The notes beneath the pieces were generated by a model, which saw only the letters and a program-made list of their open reading frames with translations, ran no database searches and was not told where the DNA came from. The position numbers were made by a program, and so were the translations under genes. Shown here in pieces: positions 17,419-27,027 of a DNA stretch of 64,000 nucleotides. The DNA comes from Longimicrobiales bacterium (GTDB lineage: Bacteria; Gemmatimonadota; Gemmatimonadetes; Longimicrobiales; Gaopeijiaceae), in the NCBI GenBank assembly GCA_965248195.1, contig CBDFIQ010000002.1:1280001-1344000 (forward strand), written 5' to 3'. Numbering within the stretch: the first letter of the stretch is position 1; each line of letters starts with the position of its first letter.

Positions 17419-20016
17419 ATGAACATGACACGCAGAGTCCTACCTACGTCTCTTCTCTTCGGTCTGGGACTTGCCGCCTGCGGTGGCGTCGAGACCACAC
17501 TCCCCGACCAGGAGCGTTCCACCGTGTTGGACGCCCCACCCCCTCGGAGATTCGGCAATTATCCGTGGGCTCGCCACGGCGGCAACTACATGTACAATTT
17601 CTACTTACCGCCGGCGCCCAGCTCGACGCCGTGGGCGCCGGCATGGTCCCCCGACGGGACGGCGATCGCGGTCGGCATGAGCGGCTCCATATGGTCGATC
17701 GACCCTGCGACGAGCGTTGCCACAGAGCTCACCCGTGGCGCCAAGTACCACTCCTCGCCAACCTGGTCGCCGGATGGCCGCTGGATCATCTACACGGCCG
17801 ACGACGGTGGGAATACGATTCAACTGGAGATCCTCGATATCGAGTCCGGTGAGACCCGACCCCTGACAGACGACGAATTCGTTTACGTGGATCCCGTGTT
17901 CTCCCCCGACGGAACCCGGGTCGCCTACGTCTCCACCGCACCGAGCGGATACTTCAACCTCTACATTCGCTTCATCCGTGACGGCCAGTGGAGTGGAGAG
18001 GAGGTTGCGGTCTCTTCGGACAACAACTTCGGCCGCTCTCGCCTCTATTTCGGCGACCAGGACATGCACATCAACCCGTCGTGGCTGCCGAACGGGAACG
18101 AGCTGTTGTTGGTTTCGAACCGGGATGTGGCCTTGGGCTCCGGGAACGTGATTCGTGTCCCTGCCGAAGCCAACGGCATGGCGCGGCGCCAGACCGTGCT
18201 CGCCGAGCAAACCCTCTACCGGACGCGGCCCGACGTGTCTCTCGACGGCACACGGTTCGTTTATTCCTCGACGTCGGGGACTGCCGACCAGTTCAACAAC
18301 CTCTATGTTCAGCCGACGGTGGGGGGTGAACCCTACAAGCTCACCTTCTTCCAACACGACGCCTTCCACCCCCGCTGGTCTCCAGATGGCGAATGGATTG
18401 CGTTCATCTCGAACGAGGGCGGGTTGCCTCAACTCGAGCTCCTGGAGACGTACGGTGGGGCCCACCGCCGGATCGACATTACGGAACGTCGGTTCAAGGA
18501 GCCGATGGGAACCCTGCGGGTGACGGTTCGAGCCGACGGTGCGCCCACGGCCGCCCGTGTTTCGCTGACGGCGGCGGACGGAAAGTCCTACGCCCCAACC
18601 GACGCTTACGCCCGCATGGCTCAGCGGGGCCGGTTTCACCTGTTCCACACGACGGGAGCCTTCACCGTCGAGCTTCCGCCCGGTACGACGGATCTCACCG
18701 TCATGAAGGGCTTCGAGCTCTACCCGGAGCGCAGGCAGGTCGAAGTGCGAGCCGGTGAAATCACCGAGGTGGCGGTGACGCTTCGGCGGATGGCCGACCT
18801 CTCCGCCGATGGCTGGCACAACGGGTCCACCCACCTCCACACCAACTACGCGGGCAACCTCCACAATACGCTGGAGAACATGATGATGATGTCCGACGGC
18901 GAGGATCAGGACATCGTCAACGAGCTCATCGCGAACAAGGACAACCGAATTCTCGACTACCAGTTCTTCATCCCGGGGGGTGAGGCGCATCCGCTCTCCA
19001 CGCCCGACCGTGTCCTGATCGTGGGCGAGGAGTACCGGCCGCCTTTTTATGGTCACGTGTTCATGTTGGGCTTGGAGGACCACCTCATCTCGCCGTTCAC
19101 GACCGGCTACGAGGGGACGGCTATCGAGAGCCTGTATCCCTCCAACACCGACATGTTCAGGAAGGCGCAGGCGCAGGGTGCGACAACGGGTTACGTGCAC
19201 GCGTTCGGTGGGAGCGCCGACCCGCTCGAGGGCAATCTCGGTGGAGCCAAGGGGTTTCTCGTGGACGCCGCGCTCTCGACCATCGACGCAGTGGAATGGG
19301 CGAGCGCGGGCTCGGGCGGATTCTTTCCCGTTTACGCCGCTTGGAATAACGACATCCGAATCACTGCCGTGGGCGGTGAGGACGCGATCACTAGCATGCA
19401 TGTAACGGCTACCGTCGGTGCCATGCGCACGTACGTGCGGCCCGACGACAGTAGGCGAACCATGGACGGCTGGCTCGATGGGCTGCGGGACGGTCACGCG
19501 TTCGTCACCAATGGGCCCCTCGTCGAGATGACCGTCAACGGAAGTATTGCCGGGGAGACCTTGGACCTGGCCGCCGGAACCGGAACAGTCCTGGTCTCGG
19601 CTCGAGTCCGATCCATCACGCCGCTCACGCGGGCGTTCCTGGTCTACAACGGCCAGGAGGTCGCCGAGGTCTCGCTCTCCGAGAACCGCCAAAGCGGTGA
19701 ATTCCGGGGCGAAGTGGAGATCGTCGGAAGCGGCTGGATCCACCTGAGGGCAGTGGGTGAGCCCGAGGAGCACTTCCCCTTGGACGCCCGCTTTGCCCAA
19801 GGGTTCACGAACCCCGTGTGGATCATCGTAGACGGTGCGCCCATCCGAGACCGAGCCTCGGCCGAATACGGCATCCGGTGGGTCGACAAGCTCACGGAGA
19901 TGGCGCTGGAGTGGCCCGGCTGGCGCTCACAGGCCGAGATCGACCACGTGCTGGGCCAGTTCCAGGAGGCTCGAATGGTCTACCAGCGCCTGGCGGACGG
20001 GGCGGGGGGGATGTAG
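17419..20016 (+). CDS. Lipoprotein with TolB/PD40 beta-propeller and CehA/McbA-like (PHP-type) metallohydrolase domain
   Basis: LAAC lipobox; repeated P.WSPDG; HLHTNY, GEEYR, GYVH, GGEDA and FVTNGP motifs. Confidence 0.75.
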   Translation: MNMTRRVLPTSLLFGLGLAACGGVETTLPDQERSTVLDAPPPRRFGNYPWARHGGNYMYNFYLPPAPSSTPWAPAWSPDGTAIAVGMSGSIWSIDPATSVATELTRGAKYHSSPTWSPDGRWIIYTADDGGNTIQLEILDIESGETRPLTDDEFVYVDPVFSPDGTRVAYVSTAPSGYFNLYIRFIRDGQWSGEEVAVSSDNNFGRSRLYFGDQDMHINPSWLPNGNELLLVSNRDVALGSGNVIRVPAEANGMARRQTVLAEQTLYRTRPDVSLDGTRFVYSSTSGTADQFNNLYVQPTVGGEPYKLTFFQHDAFHPRWSPDGEWIAFISNEGGLPQLELLETYGGAHRRIDITERRFKEPMGTLRVTVRADGAPTAARVSLTAADGKSYAPTDAYARMAQRGRFHLFHTTGAFTVELPPGTTDLTVMKGFELYPERRQVEVRAGEITEVAVTLRRMADLSADGWHNGSTHLHTNYAGNLHNTLENMMMMSDGEDQDIVNELIANKDNRILDYQFFIPGGEAHPLSTPDRVLIVGEEYRPPFYGHVFMLGLEDHLISPFTTGYEGTAIESLYPSNTDMFRKAQAQGATTGYVHAFGGSADPLEGNLGGAKGFLVDAALSTIDAVEWASAGSGGFFPVYAAWNNDIRITAVGGEDAITSMHVTATVGAMRTYVRPDDSRRTMDGWLDGLRDGHAFVTNGPLVEMTVNGSIAGETLDLAAGTGTVLVSARVRSITPLTRAFLVYNGQEVAEVSLSENRQSGEFRGEVEIVGSGWIHLRAVGEPEEHFPLDARFAQGFTNPVWIIVDGAPIRDRASAEYGIRWVDKLTEMALEWPGWRSQAEIDHVLGQFQEARMVYQRLADGAGGM

Positions 20017-20033
20017 GGCTGGATAGGATTCGC

Positions 20034-20450
20034 TCAGCAGCCAGACCCCTCGCTCTTCAAGAACGCGATGATCTTCCAGATGTCTTCGTCGCCGTCCGGC
20101 AGCCTGCCAGCGAATGCGACCATGCGCGAGCCGGAGACGCCGTTGGCGATCGTGTTGTAGATCTCTTGGTTGGAGCCGCCGTGTATCCAGGTGCAATCGA
20201 ACAGGTTGGGTACGTCGGCGATCGTGACGTTCCGGCCGTGGCAGTACCCGCTGCACGTGCCCGTGAAGACCGACTCTCCCCTTGCAAGAGCCTCCGGGTC
20301 CTCTAGGAACCCGCTGGCGGGGTCGGGCCCGGCGCACCCTGCCAACGTCAGGACCACCAACGACCACAGAAGCCTGGCGGCCCGAATGCGGGGCGTCACT
20401 CGAGATCTACACACGCCTGTCTGGGTTTGGGCGGTCGGTGCGCGAGTCAC
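20034..20450 (-). CDS. Class I c-type cytochrome lipoprotein with atypical CxxxCH motif
   Basis: LAGC lipobox; CSGYCH; PNLFD..WIHGG; distal Met in GSRMVAF; abuts the PQQ dehydrogenase. True start may be slightly downstream. Confidence 0.8.
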   Translation of the reverse strand: MTRAPTAQTQTGVCRSRVTPRIRAARLLWSLVVLTLAGCAGPDPASGFLEDPEALARGESVFTGTCSGYCHGRNVTIADVPNLFDCTWIHGGSNQEIYNTIANGVSGSRMVAFAGRLPDGDEDIWKIIAFLKSEGSGC

Positions 20451-22220
20451 TCAGGGCAGCTCAAAGACGAACAACTCCCCCCCTTCGGGGAGGATGTCGG
20501 GCGCGCCCGTCGACTCGAGGAACGTCCCGTTGCCCGCCCCGATCGCGACGAAGACTCGCCCGTCGGCTTCATAGGCGATGGGCTGACTGCGCACGCCTGC
20601 TCCGAGCCGGTGCCGCCATACCTCCTCACCCGTTTCTGCGTTGAACGCGAGGGCGAAGCCGGACTGCGTGCCCGTGAACACCACACCGCCCTCGGTGCTG
20701 AGTGTGCCGGCCATCAGCGGGATGGGGTCCTCGTAGCGCCACCGGGTTTCGCCGGTCGTGACGTCGATGGCGGCCAGTACGCCGAATGAACGCTCAGCCT
20801 CCACGTCGATGAGTTCATAACCTCCGCCCAGAAACATCTGGCCCGGGACAAAGGCCACGACCCCTTTTTGATAGAGCTCGCAGCTCTCGACCGCTGGGAT
20901 GTACGCCAGGCCCAGCCCAGGGTTGTACGCTCCCGACCACGCTCCGTTCATGCCACCGAGGTGACTGGGGCAAACACGGACGCTGGGATCCTCCGAGGGG
21001 AACGCCTCGGGATTGACGATCGGCCGGCCGTCTTCGGCGATCGTTGCCCAATTGGCCTGTACGTATGGAGTGGCCGAGATGAACCGGCCGTCGGTACGAT
21101 CGAGGATGTAGAAATAGCCATTGCGATTGGCCTGGACGAGGGCCTTGACCTCCCGACCGTTCCGCATGAGATCGACCAGGAACACCTGGGTGTTGCCATC
21201 GTAATCCCACACATCGTGCGGCGTGAACTGGAAGTACCACTTTCGTTCGCCAGTGTCGGGGTCGAGAGCAATCACGGCGTCGGCGTAGAGGTTGTCTCCC
21301 TCCCGCTCGTCACCGTTCCAGTCCGGCGCCGGATTTCCGGTCGTCCAGAACAGGGTGTGCGTCTCCGGGTCGTAGGCACCGGCGTTCCAAGTGGGAGCGC
21401 CGCCGGTCAGATACGACTCACCCGCCCAGGTCTCGACACCCGGCTCACCCGCGGCGGGGACCGTGTAGTGACGCCACACCCGCTGTCCGCTGGCGACGTC
21501 GTATGCGTCGAAGAACCCTCGTATTCCGAATTCACCCCCGGCGATACCGATGATCGCGAGGTTGCCCACGATGAGCGGGGCGGCGGTCGCGGCATAACCC
21601 TCGCGATGGTCGATGATCTCGGTGTCCCAGAGGATCTCACCGGAGAGTCGATGGAAGGCGATCAGCCTGGCATCCAGTGTGGCCATGAGCACGGCGTCGC
21701 CCGCTATCCCCACGCCGCGATTCACGGGTCCGCAACAGACCCGAAGGTCGTCTGGCTGTTGATGATCGTACCTCCAAAACAACTCGCCGGTAACGGCATC
21801 GAGGGCAAAGAGGCGGTTGTACGAGGCGCTGATGTACATGATGCCGTCGTAGACGATCGGCGAGACCTCGAACTGTCGGTCGGTGCCGGTCGGGAAGGAC
21901 CAGGCAACCCTGAGATTGGGTACGGCGGCAGGCGTGAGCTCCTCGATCGGGCTGTGCCGGTAATTTGCATAGTTACCCCCGTAGAGGAGCCACTTGGTCG
22001 GGTCGTCCAGGCCACTCTCGAGCATCGCGGCGTCCACTCCAGCCATTCCGAGGCCGATGGGCCGGTCATTGATCCAGTGCGTTTGGCCGCCGGTCGCTGC
22101 AGCCTCGCCCTCCTCTCCGCCCGCGGATTCGGAGCCGCCGGGTCCAGGCCCGCCACCATCTGCGCAGGCGACGATGAACACGAAAAGGAGGGTGGTGTGC
22201 GTCGAGAGTCGAAAGGCCAT
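20451..22220 (-). CDS. PQQ-dependent alcohol dehydrogenase (methanol/ethanol family), probable lanthanide type
   Basis: Vicinal CC (VCCGPVNRG), GGEFG, GNPAP, TPHDVWDYDG; lipobox-like IVAC. Confidence 0.9.
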   Translation of the reverse strand: MAFRLSTHTTLLFVFIVACADGGGPGPGGSESAGGEEGEAAATGGQTHWINDRPIGLGMAGVDAAMLESGLDDPTKWLLYGGNYANYRHSPIEELTPAAVPNLRVAWSFPTGTDRQFEVSPIVYDGIMYISASYNRLFALDAVTGELFWRYDHQQPDDLRVCCGPVNRGVGIAGDAVLMATLDARLIAFHRLSGEILWDTEIIDHREGYAATAAPLIVGNLAIIGIAGGEFGIRGFFDAYDVASGQRVWRHYTVPAAGEPGVETWAGESYLTGGAPTWNAGAYDPETHTLFWTTGNPAPDWNGDEREGDNLYADAVIALDPDTGERKWYFQFTPHDVWDYDGNTQVFLVDLMRNGREVKALVQANRNGYFYILDRTDGRFISATPYVQANWATIAEDGRPIVNPEAFPSEDPSVRVCPSHLGGMNGAWSGAYNPGLGLAYIPAVESCELYQKGVVAFVPGQMFLGGGYELIDVEAERSFGVLAAIDVTTGETRWRYEDPIPLMAGTLSTEGGVVFTGTQSGFALAFNAETGEEVWRHRLGAGVRSQPIAYEADGRVFVAIGAGNGTFLESTGAPDILPEGGELFVFELP

Positions 22221-22260
22221 GGATGGGTCCTCGTAGTGAGGGGCGTTCAGGGAACAGTGA

Positions 22261-22292
22261 ACGAGAACCTCAGTTCACGAGAACCTCAGCTC
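22261..22292. repeat. 16-bp tandem repeat upstream of the PQQ dehydrogenase
   Basis: ACGAGAACCTCAGTTC / ACGAGAACCTCAGCTC. Confidence 0.7.
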
Positions 22293-22391
22293 AAGTGAAA
22301 GGCTCCGACCAGTCCATGCAAGCACCGGCCGGAGAACGACGAGTCCACTCCATGGAGGCAAGCTTGCCTCCCTCGACGTAGCGCGACAATG

Positions 22392-23876
22392 CTACACGAA
22401 GTAGTCGGACACATTAATCAAATACTTGTCCGGATCCGTGACCTTAATGATGGAGCGGCTAAACGAGCCGTCGGGCTCGGTCACGGCCAGGTCCACGAGC
22501 GGTGGATCAGCTAGCCATGACCCATCCCCGGCGCCGAGGACGCGAACAATGGGTCGATCGATTTGCGTGGCATCTGAGTTGGCGGCGTGGACTAGGCCGA
22601 TCTCGAACGTGTCGAGTATGACACACGTCCCAACCGGGTAGATCCCCAGGAGGTTGATGAGGGCCTTTACGAGGACGGGATCGTGTCCGTAGCTCGGATC
22701 CTCCCAGAGCTCTCGAAGAACGACGTCCGGCGACTTGGCCTCCGCATGAATACGGGCGGTCGTGGCACTATTATAGGCGTCGGCCACCGCGACGATCTTC
22801 GAGAATACGGAGAGCTCCCGGGGTCGCCGACCTTTGGGGTAGCCCGAGAGGTCCACTTTCATATGGTGCTCGTATGCGGTGATCATGCTCCGGAAAGGGA
22901 TCTCACCAAACTGTCGTAGGCCGAATGTGCTCAGAGCGCCGAGCCATGTGTGGGCCTCCATTCGGCTGAATTCCTCGGCCGTGAGCTTCCCTGGCTTCAG
23001 GATGATATCCACGTCGACGCGGCTCTTGCCGACGTCGTGGAGAAGCGCCGCTATCCCAAGATCGAACAGTTGAGACTTGCTCAGACCGAGTCTTCGGCCT
23101 ATGGCAACGCTGAAGATGCACACGTTGACCGTGTTCGTGTACGTGTAGTCGTCATAGCCCCTGAGCGTACTGAGTCCCATCATCGTCACCTCGTTGGTCA
23201 GCGCCTGATCGACGATGGCCTGGACGGCGTGTGTGATGTGCCGGAGTCGAGGCGTGCGACCCATGCGGGCGCTTTCGAACAACTCTTTCGTCACGGCGAC
23301 CGACTGCTGGTAGGTCCGCTTGGCGGCCAGCTTCCGTGCGGACTCATCCTCGAGCTCGGCATCTCCTTCCGAGGGCGGCCCTACAATGACGTGCCTGACG
23401 CCGAGGTTCAGAATCAGCCTCTGGAACTCATCGGCGCGGTGCTCGCCGTTCGCTTTGGACCCGAAGCGGAGCAGCTCGGCGACGAAGGCCTTCCACTCCC
23501 GTTGGCCAGGGGGGGCGTCGACACGGAGCACGCCGATCCCGGCTCCGGAAAAAGCCCTGATCACATGACCGAATGACGCGAAGTTGTCTACGTCCATGCG
23601 CAGCCGTACGTCGTTCACGTAGAAGAGTTCGCTGCTGATCCTCACTTCCAGCCCCCCGTCGACCGTGACAATATCCGAGGTCGTTGAGGTCAGCTCATCG
23701 AGGCTTTGCCTCACCCGAGCGTTTTCGATGGGGTAGAGCGTGATGCTCCTCAGCGTCTTATAGAGCGCCAAGAGGAAGCTACGGCCTCGGATGCGCAGCG
23801 CCGCATCGTGGATTTCAGGGCCGTCCGTGGCGGTTGGGGCGGGGGTCTCGCCCGACCCGTTGGTCGCCTGGCTCAC
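22392..23876 (-). CDS. HD-GYP domain protein
   Basis: LLHDVGKS, HHMKVDLSGYP, VAVADAY and LGIYPVG motifs; the GTG start overlaps the upstream stop (the 713-aa ORF is over-extended). Confidence 0.85.
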   Translation of the reverse strand: MSQATNGSGETPAPTATDGPEIHDAALRIRGRSFLLALYKTLRSITLYPIENARVRQSLDELTSTTSDIVTVDGGLEVRISSELFYVNDVRLRMDVDNFASFGHVIRAFSGAGIGVLRVDAPPGQREWKAFVAELLRFGSKANGEHRADEFQRLILNLGVRHVIVGPPSEGDAELEDESARKLAAKRTYQQSVAVTKELFESARMGRTPRLRHITHAVQAIVDQALTNEVTMMGLSTLRGYDDYTYTNTVNVCIFSVAIGRRLGLSKSQLFDLGIAALLHDVGKSRVDVDIILKPGKLTAEEFSRMEAHTWLGALSTFGLRQFGEIPFRSMITAYEHHMKVDLSGYPKGRRPRELSVFSKIVAVADAYNSATTARIHAEAKSPDVVLRELWEDPSYGHDPVLVKALINLLGIYPVGTCVILDTFEIGLVHAANSDATQIDRPIVRVLGAGDGSWLADPPLVDLAVTEPDGSFSRSIIKVTDPDKYLINVSDYFV

Positions 23877-25657
23877 CGACGGTCCCCTCCGAGGGCTCTC
23901 ATCGCCGCGCTCCGCACCACCAGATCCCGATCCTTCGTCGCTCGTTGAAGTGCGCCCCGCGCCGATTGGCTGGACACATGTCCGAGGGCCAGTGCCGCAC
24001 ACGCACGGGTATCCGAATCCACGGACCGCCGGAAGGTCTTGTGAAGAAGCATCTCCTTCAGGTTGGACACGCCAGACTCGCCGGCGATGGTCCCGTAGGC
24101 CTCGAAGAATGCTCTCCTTTCCGTCAGGTCGCGAGACCGTAGCTCCGTTCCGAGCACAACCCTCTCGAGTACGGACAACGCTCCCCGGAAGCGTCTCATG
24201 GCCAGGGCCCTGACGGCGGCGGTCCGCACTTCGGAATCGGTGTCCTCCATGAGCCTGACCAGTGCTTTCATGGTCTGAGAAGTCGGTGCCGCGGCCAGGG
24301 CCCGAACCAGAGCGTTGCGGATGCCGACGTCGTCGTGCCTCATCAGGCCGACCAACTGAGCTCCGACGCCTTGAAGACCTCCCTCCTCGACCAGTCGGAG
24401 GGCCTCGATAACGACGATTCGCTCCGACGACTCCAGGGCGACGCCCACGGCAGCCGGTTTCTCCTCGGCCATCCGGTCTACGGCCCTCTCCAGAGTCTGC
24501 CGCACCTCCTTGTTCGAAAGGCGCCCATGCCACTTGAGGACCGTGCTCAAGATTGCCGGCGTCAGATGTGCGAACAGCTCCTTGGCTCCATCGGTTGATG
24601 CCTCGATCGTGGCCACCTCCAGGGCCTCGAGGAGTTGCTCCACGGCTTCCGGCCTCGAAAACGTGCTCGTAAGCCCAGCCAGGACCTGCTGGTGCTCCGG
24701 GAGCATCTCTTCCGCCCGACTGAGCACGACCTGTGTTTCCGAGATGAGGTAGGCTACGGAGTGGAAGTCCCCGGCGTTGAGCAGATGGGGGAGGAGGTCG
24801 CTGAGAATCGAAATTATCTCCGCACGGGCTCCGGCATCGGGCTGTTCCTCGAAGATATCGAAGAGCATGGAGAGCACATTTTCATTGAGGTTCTGCTCGT
24901 ATTCACGTTGGACCCCACGCCTGAGATAATCGATCTCCGGCTCGTCCAGGAAGTAGAGTGTCGACTCGTACTCCGCCAGGTTGACGACTTCCTTGGGGCG
25001 CGGCGCACTGCTTTGGCTGTCTCCACCTTGGCCATCTTCTTGGCGATCGCCCTGGCTGTCTTCCTGGTCGTCTTCCACTTGGTCGGCAGTATCCCCCAAG
25101 AGGAGTTCCCGGAGTTGCTCCGCTGTCAGTCGTGCAGCGGAGTCGGCCGCTGGCGGGCCTCCGATCGGTTCGCCGTCGGTCGGTCCCAACTCGGCCACTT
25201 TGTAGCGAATGAACTGGAAGTCCGCGGACCAGAGGAGCGTACGGAGGTCGTCTTGGTCTTCGTCCGTGAGGGTCCGGGCCCGCTGAACGAGGCCCAGGAA
25301 GGTGACGATCTCCTGCTTTTCCGCCCCCAGGGAGAAGGCGATCCACCTGATTCCGTCCTGAAAAAGGGTCCACGCAAGGCTCTCCGACTTTTCCTCGACA
25401 GGAAGGACGATCTCCGACTCCCATTCAAGGCCTGCCTCGGAAACCGTGAGCGTAAAGTCCGGAAGCCGTTGCCAGATACCGGACAGCCCTTCCCGCAGCG
25501 CGTTGATTGTCTGTTGACGCACCGGGTTGTTGGGGAGGTACATCGAGAGGGTTCGCAGGCCCTTTTCCCAGGATTGAAGAAGGGTCCGGAGAGCGGGTAG
25601 GTCGGTGGTGGTAGAAGGAGCCATTCCCCCCTCAGGTAGCTGTGGATGCGCGGCCAC
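23873..25657 (-). CDS. HEAT-repeat protein
   Basis: C-terminal repeats such as D.D.EVRTAAVRAL and D.D.VVRSAAMRAL; N-terminal MYLPNNP. Confidence 0.8.
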   Translation of the reverse strand: MAAHPQLPEGGMAPSTTTDLPALRTLLQSWEKGLRTLSMYLPNNPVRQQTINALREGLSGIWQRLPDFTLTVSEAGLEWESEIVLPVEEKSESLAWTLFQDGIRWIAFSLGAEKQEIVTFLGLVQRARTLTDEDQDDLRTLLWSADFQFIRYKVAELGPTDGEPIGGPPAADSAARLTAEQLRELLLGDTADQVEDDQEDSQGDRQEDGQGGDSQSSAPRPKEVVNLAEYESTLYFLDEPEIDYLRRGVQREYEQNLNENVLSMLFDIFEEQPDAGARAEIISILSDLLPHLLNAGDFHSVAYLISETQVVLSRAEEMLPEHQQVLAGLTSTFSRPEAVEQLLEALEVATIEASTDGAKELFAHLTPAILSTVLKWHGRLSNKEVRQTLERAVDRMAEEKPAAVGVALESSERIVVIEALRLVEEGGLQGVGAQLVGLMRHDDVGIRNALVRALAAAPTSQTMKALVRLMEDTDSEVRTAAVRALAMRRFRGALSVLERVVLGTELRSRDLTERRAFFEAYGTIAGESGVSNLKEMLLHKTFRRSVDSDTRACAALALGHVSSQSARGALQRATKDRDLVVRSAAMRALGGDRR

Positions 25658-25958
25658 CGCGCTGCAACTCGATCTACCCGACCGTTTCCGGTTCTCTGAT
25701 CAGGGTGGTCTCGGGTTCCGCGGTGGGCCTGCCCGCCGCTCGGCGGACGTCAGTGATCATTTCCCTGATCTTGTCCTCGATTGCGTCCATTTCACGCACC
25801 GAAAACCTATTTTACGATTCACCAGAATCCGAGCAATGTCAAGAAAGTTTTGGGCGGGAGCAAGCCGAATTCTTGGTAAACATTTGATGGAGTTATCGGT
25901 CTACCGCCTGGTGGTAAACTAGCTTTCACTCAAGGTGATGTCGGCCATATCGGTGAGG

Positions 25959-26171
25959 TCACGCCCACGTCACCGGTTGTCCGTCTGTGAACGCTCGGCC
26001 AGAATCGTGGCAGGTGGCGCACGCCACGGACCGGTCTTCCGACAGCGGCGAATCAAAGAAAAGCATCCGGCCGAGGGCGACCTTCGCCGGGGTCAAGGGA
26101 TTGTCGTCGGGGACACGCATGTAGAGGTCGAGGCCCAGAGGAAGCTCCGGGCGCTGCGGAGCGGGCGAGAC
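25959..26171 (-). pseudogene. N-terminal fragment of a di-haem cytochrome c peroxidase (CcpA/MauG family)
   Basis: Reads ...ELPLGLDLYMRVPDDNPLTPAKVALGRMLFFDSPLSEDRSVACATCHDSGRAFTDG then stop; an in-frame TAG also lies upstream. Not in the ORF track. Confidence 0.8.
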
Positions 26172-26295
26172 CTACGCGACGCCGATGTGCTTGTGAGACC
26201 ATGTCCTTGCGGCTGCGTCAGAGGATCGGGTCTATTGAGACACCTGATCTCCCTGAAAATTTCACGGAAAGGCCACGGAAGCGTATTATCAACTC

Positions 26296-27000
26296 ATGTT
26301 CGGTCGACCTCGAACAGCGCTACTCCTCTATGCCGTCGCGATGGGCTATCTCGAAGCGGCGGTCGTCGTCTATCTTCGCGCTCTTTACTACCCTGAGGGA
26401 TTCTCCTTCCCGCTGAATCCCATCGACGCCGGGATCCTGCGCGTGGAGATCGGCCGGGAAGCGGCGACCGTCGTCATGATCTTCGCCGTTGCGTGGGCGG
26501 CGGCCCGCTCGTGGTGGCAGACGCTGATCGGCTTCGCGCTCGTCTTCGGCCTGTGGGACGTCGCGTACTACGCCGCACTCCAGATTCTGCTGGGCTGGCC
26601 GGGATCTCTCTTGGAGCCGGATTTGCTCTTCCTCATTCCGGTCGTCTGGGTCGGGCCGGTGTGGGCTCCGTCGCTGATCGGCCTCTCCATGTCGGCGGCG
26701 GCCTGGGCGCTCTGGCCGATGGATTACGGAGTCATTGCCCCACGTGCGTGGGAGTGGTCCCTCTTGATCGTGGGGGTCTGCATACTTCTCGCGACGTTCA
26801 TCGTGCCCGCTGCGTTGGCCGGGGTGACGGGATTGGGGGAGGGAGTCTCACTGCCGGCGGTGAGTTACCCGTGGTGGGGATGGATCGCAGGGGAGTCTGC
26901 GGCCCTGTTCGTGGCGGTGCGATGGTGGATGAGAGGGACGGACATCGACAGGGAGGGTTCCCTGAGACCGACGCAACTTTCTGGGCCAACGCCGAGTTAA
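26296..27000 (+). CDS. Hypothetical integral membrane protein
   Basis: About 6 TM segments; YLEAAVVVYLR, EIGREAAT, WDVAYY and DLLFLIPVVW motifs. Confidence 0.7.
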   Translation: MFGRPRTALLLYAVAMGYLEAAVVVYLRALYYPEGFSFPLNPIDAGILRVEIGREAATVVMIFAVAWAAARSWWQTLIGFALVFGLWDVAYYAALQILLGWPGSLLEPDLLFLIPVVWVGPVWAPSLIGLSMSAAAWALWPMDYGVIAPRAWEWSLLIVGVCILLATFIVPAALAGVTGLGEGVSLPAVSYPWWGWIAGESAALFVAVRWWMRGTDIDREGSLRPTQLSGPTPS

Positions 27001-27027
27001 TAGAACCGGTCCGACCGGCGTACCCCG

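Noticed and set aside
17605..19800. 731-aa minus-strand ORF (and many similar long overlapping ORFs, e.g. 20868-22298, 28663-30078, 37169-38509, 46909-48501)
   Set aside because: Antisense or alternative-frame shadows of well-supported genes; expected in high-GC DNA and with no recognisable motifs.
23877..24533. N-terminal extension of the HD-GYP ORF
   Set aside because: Low-complexity Arg/Gly reading overlapping the HEAT gene; the coupled start at 23876 is more plausible.
25674..25790. 38-aa minus-strand ORF upstream of the HEAT gene
   Set aside because: Plausible composition but no clear RBS or recognisable family.
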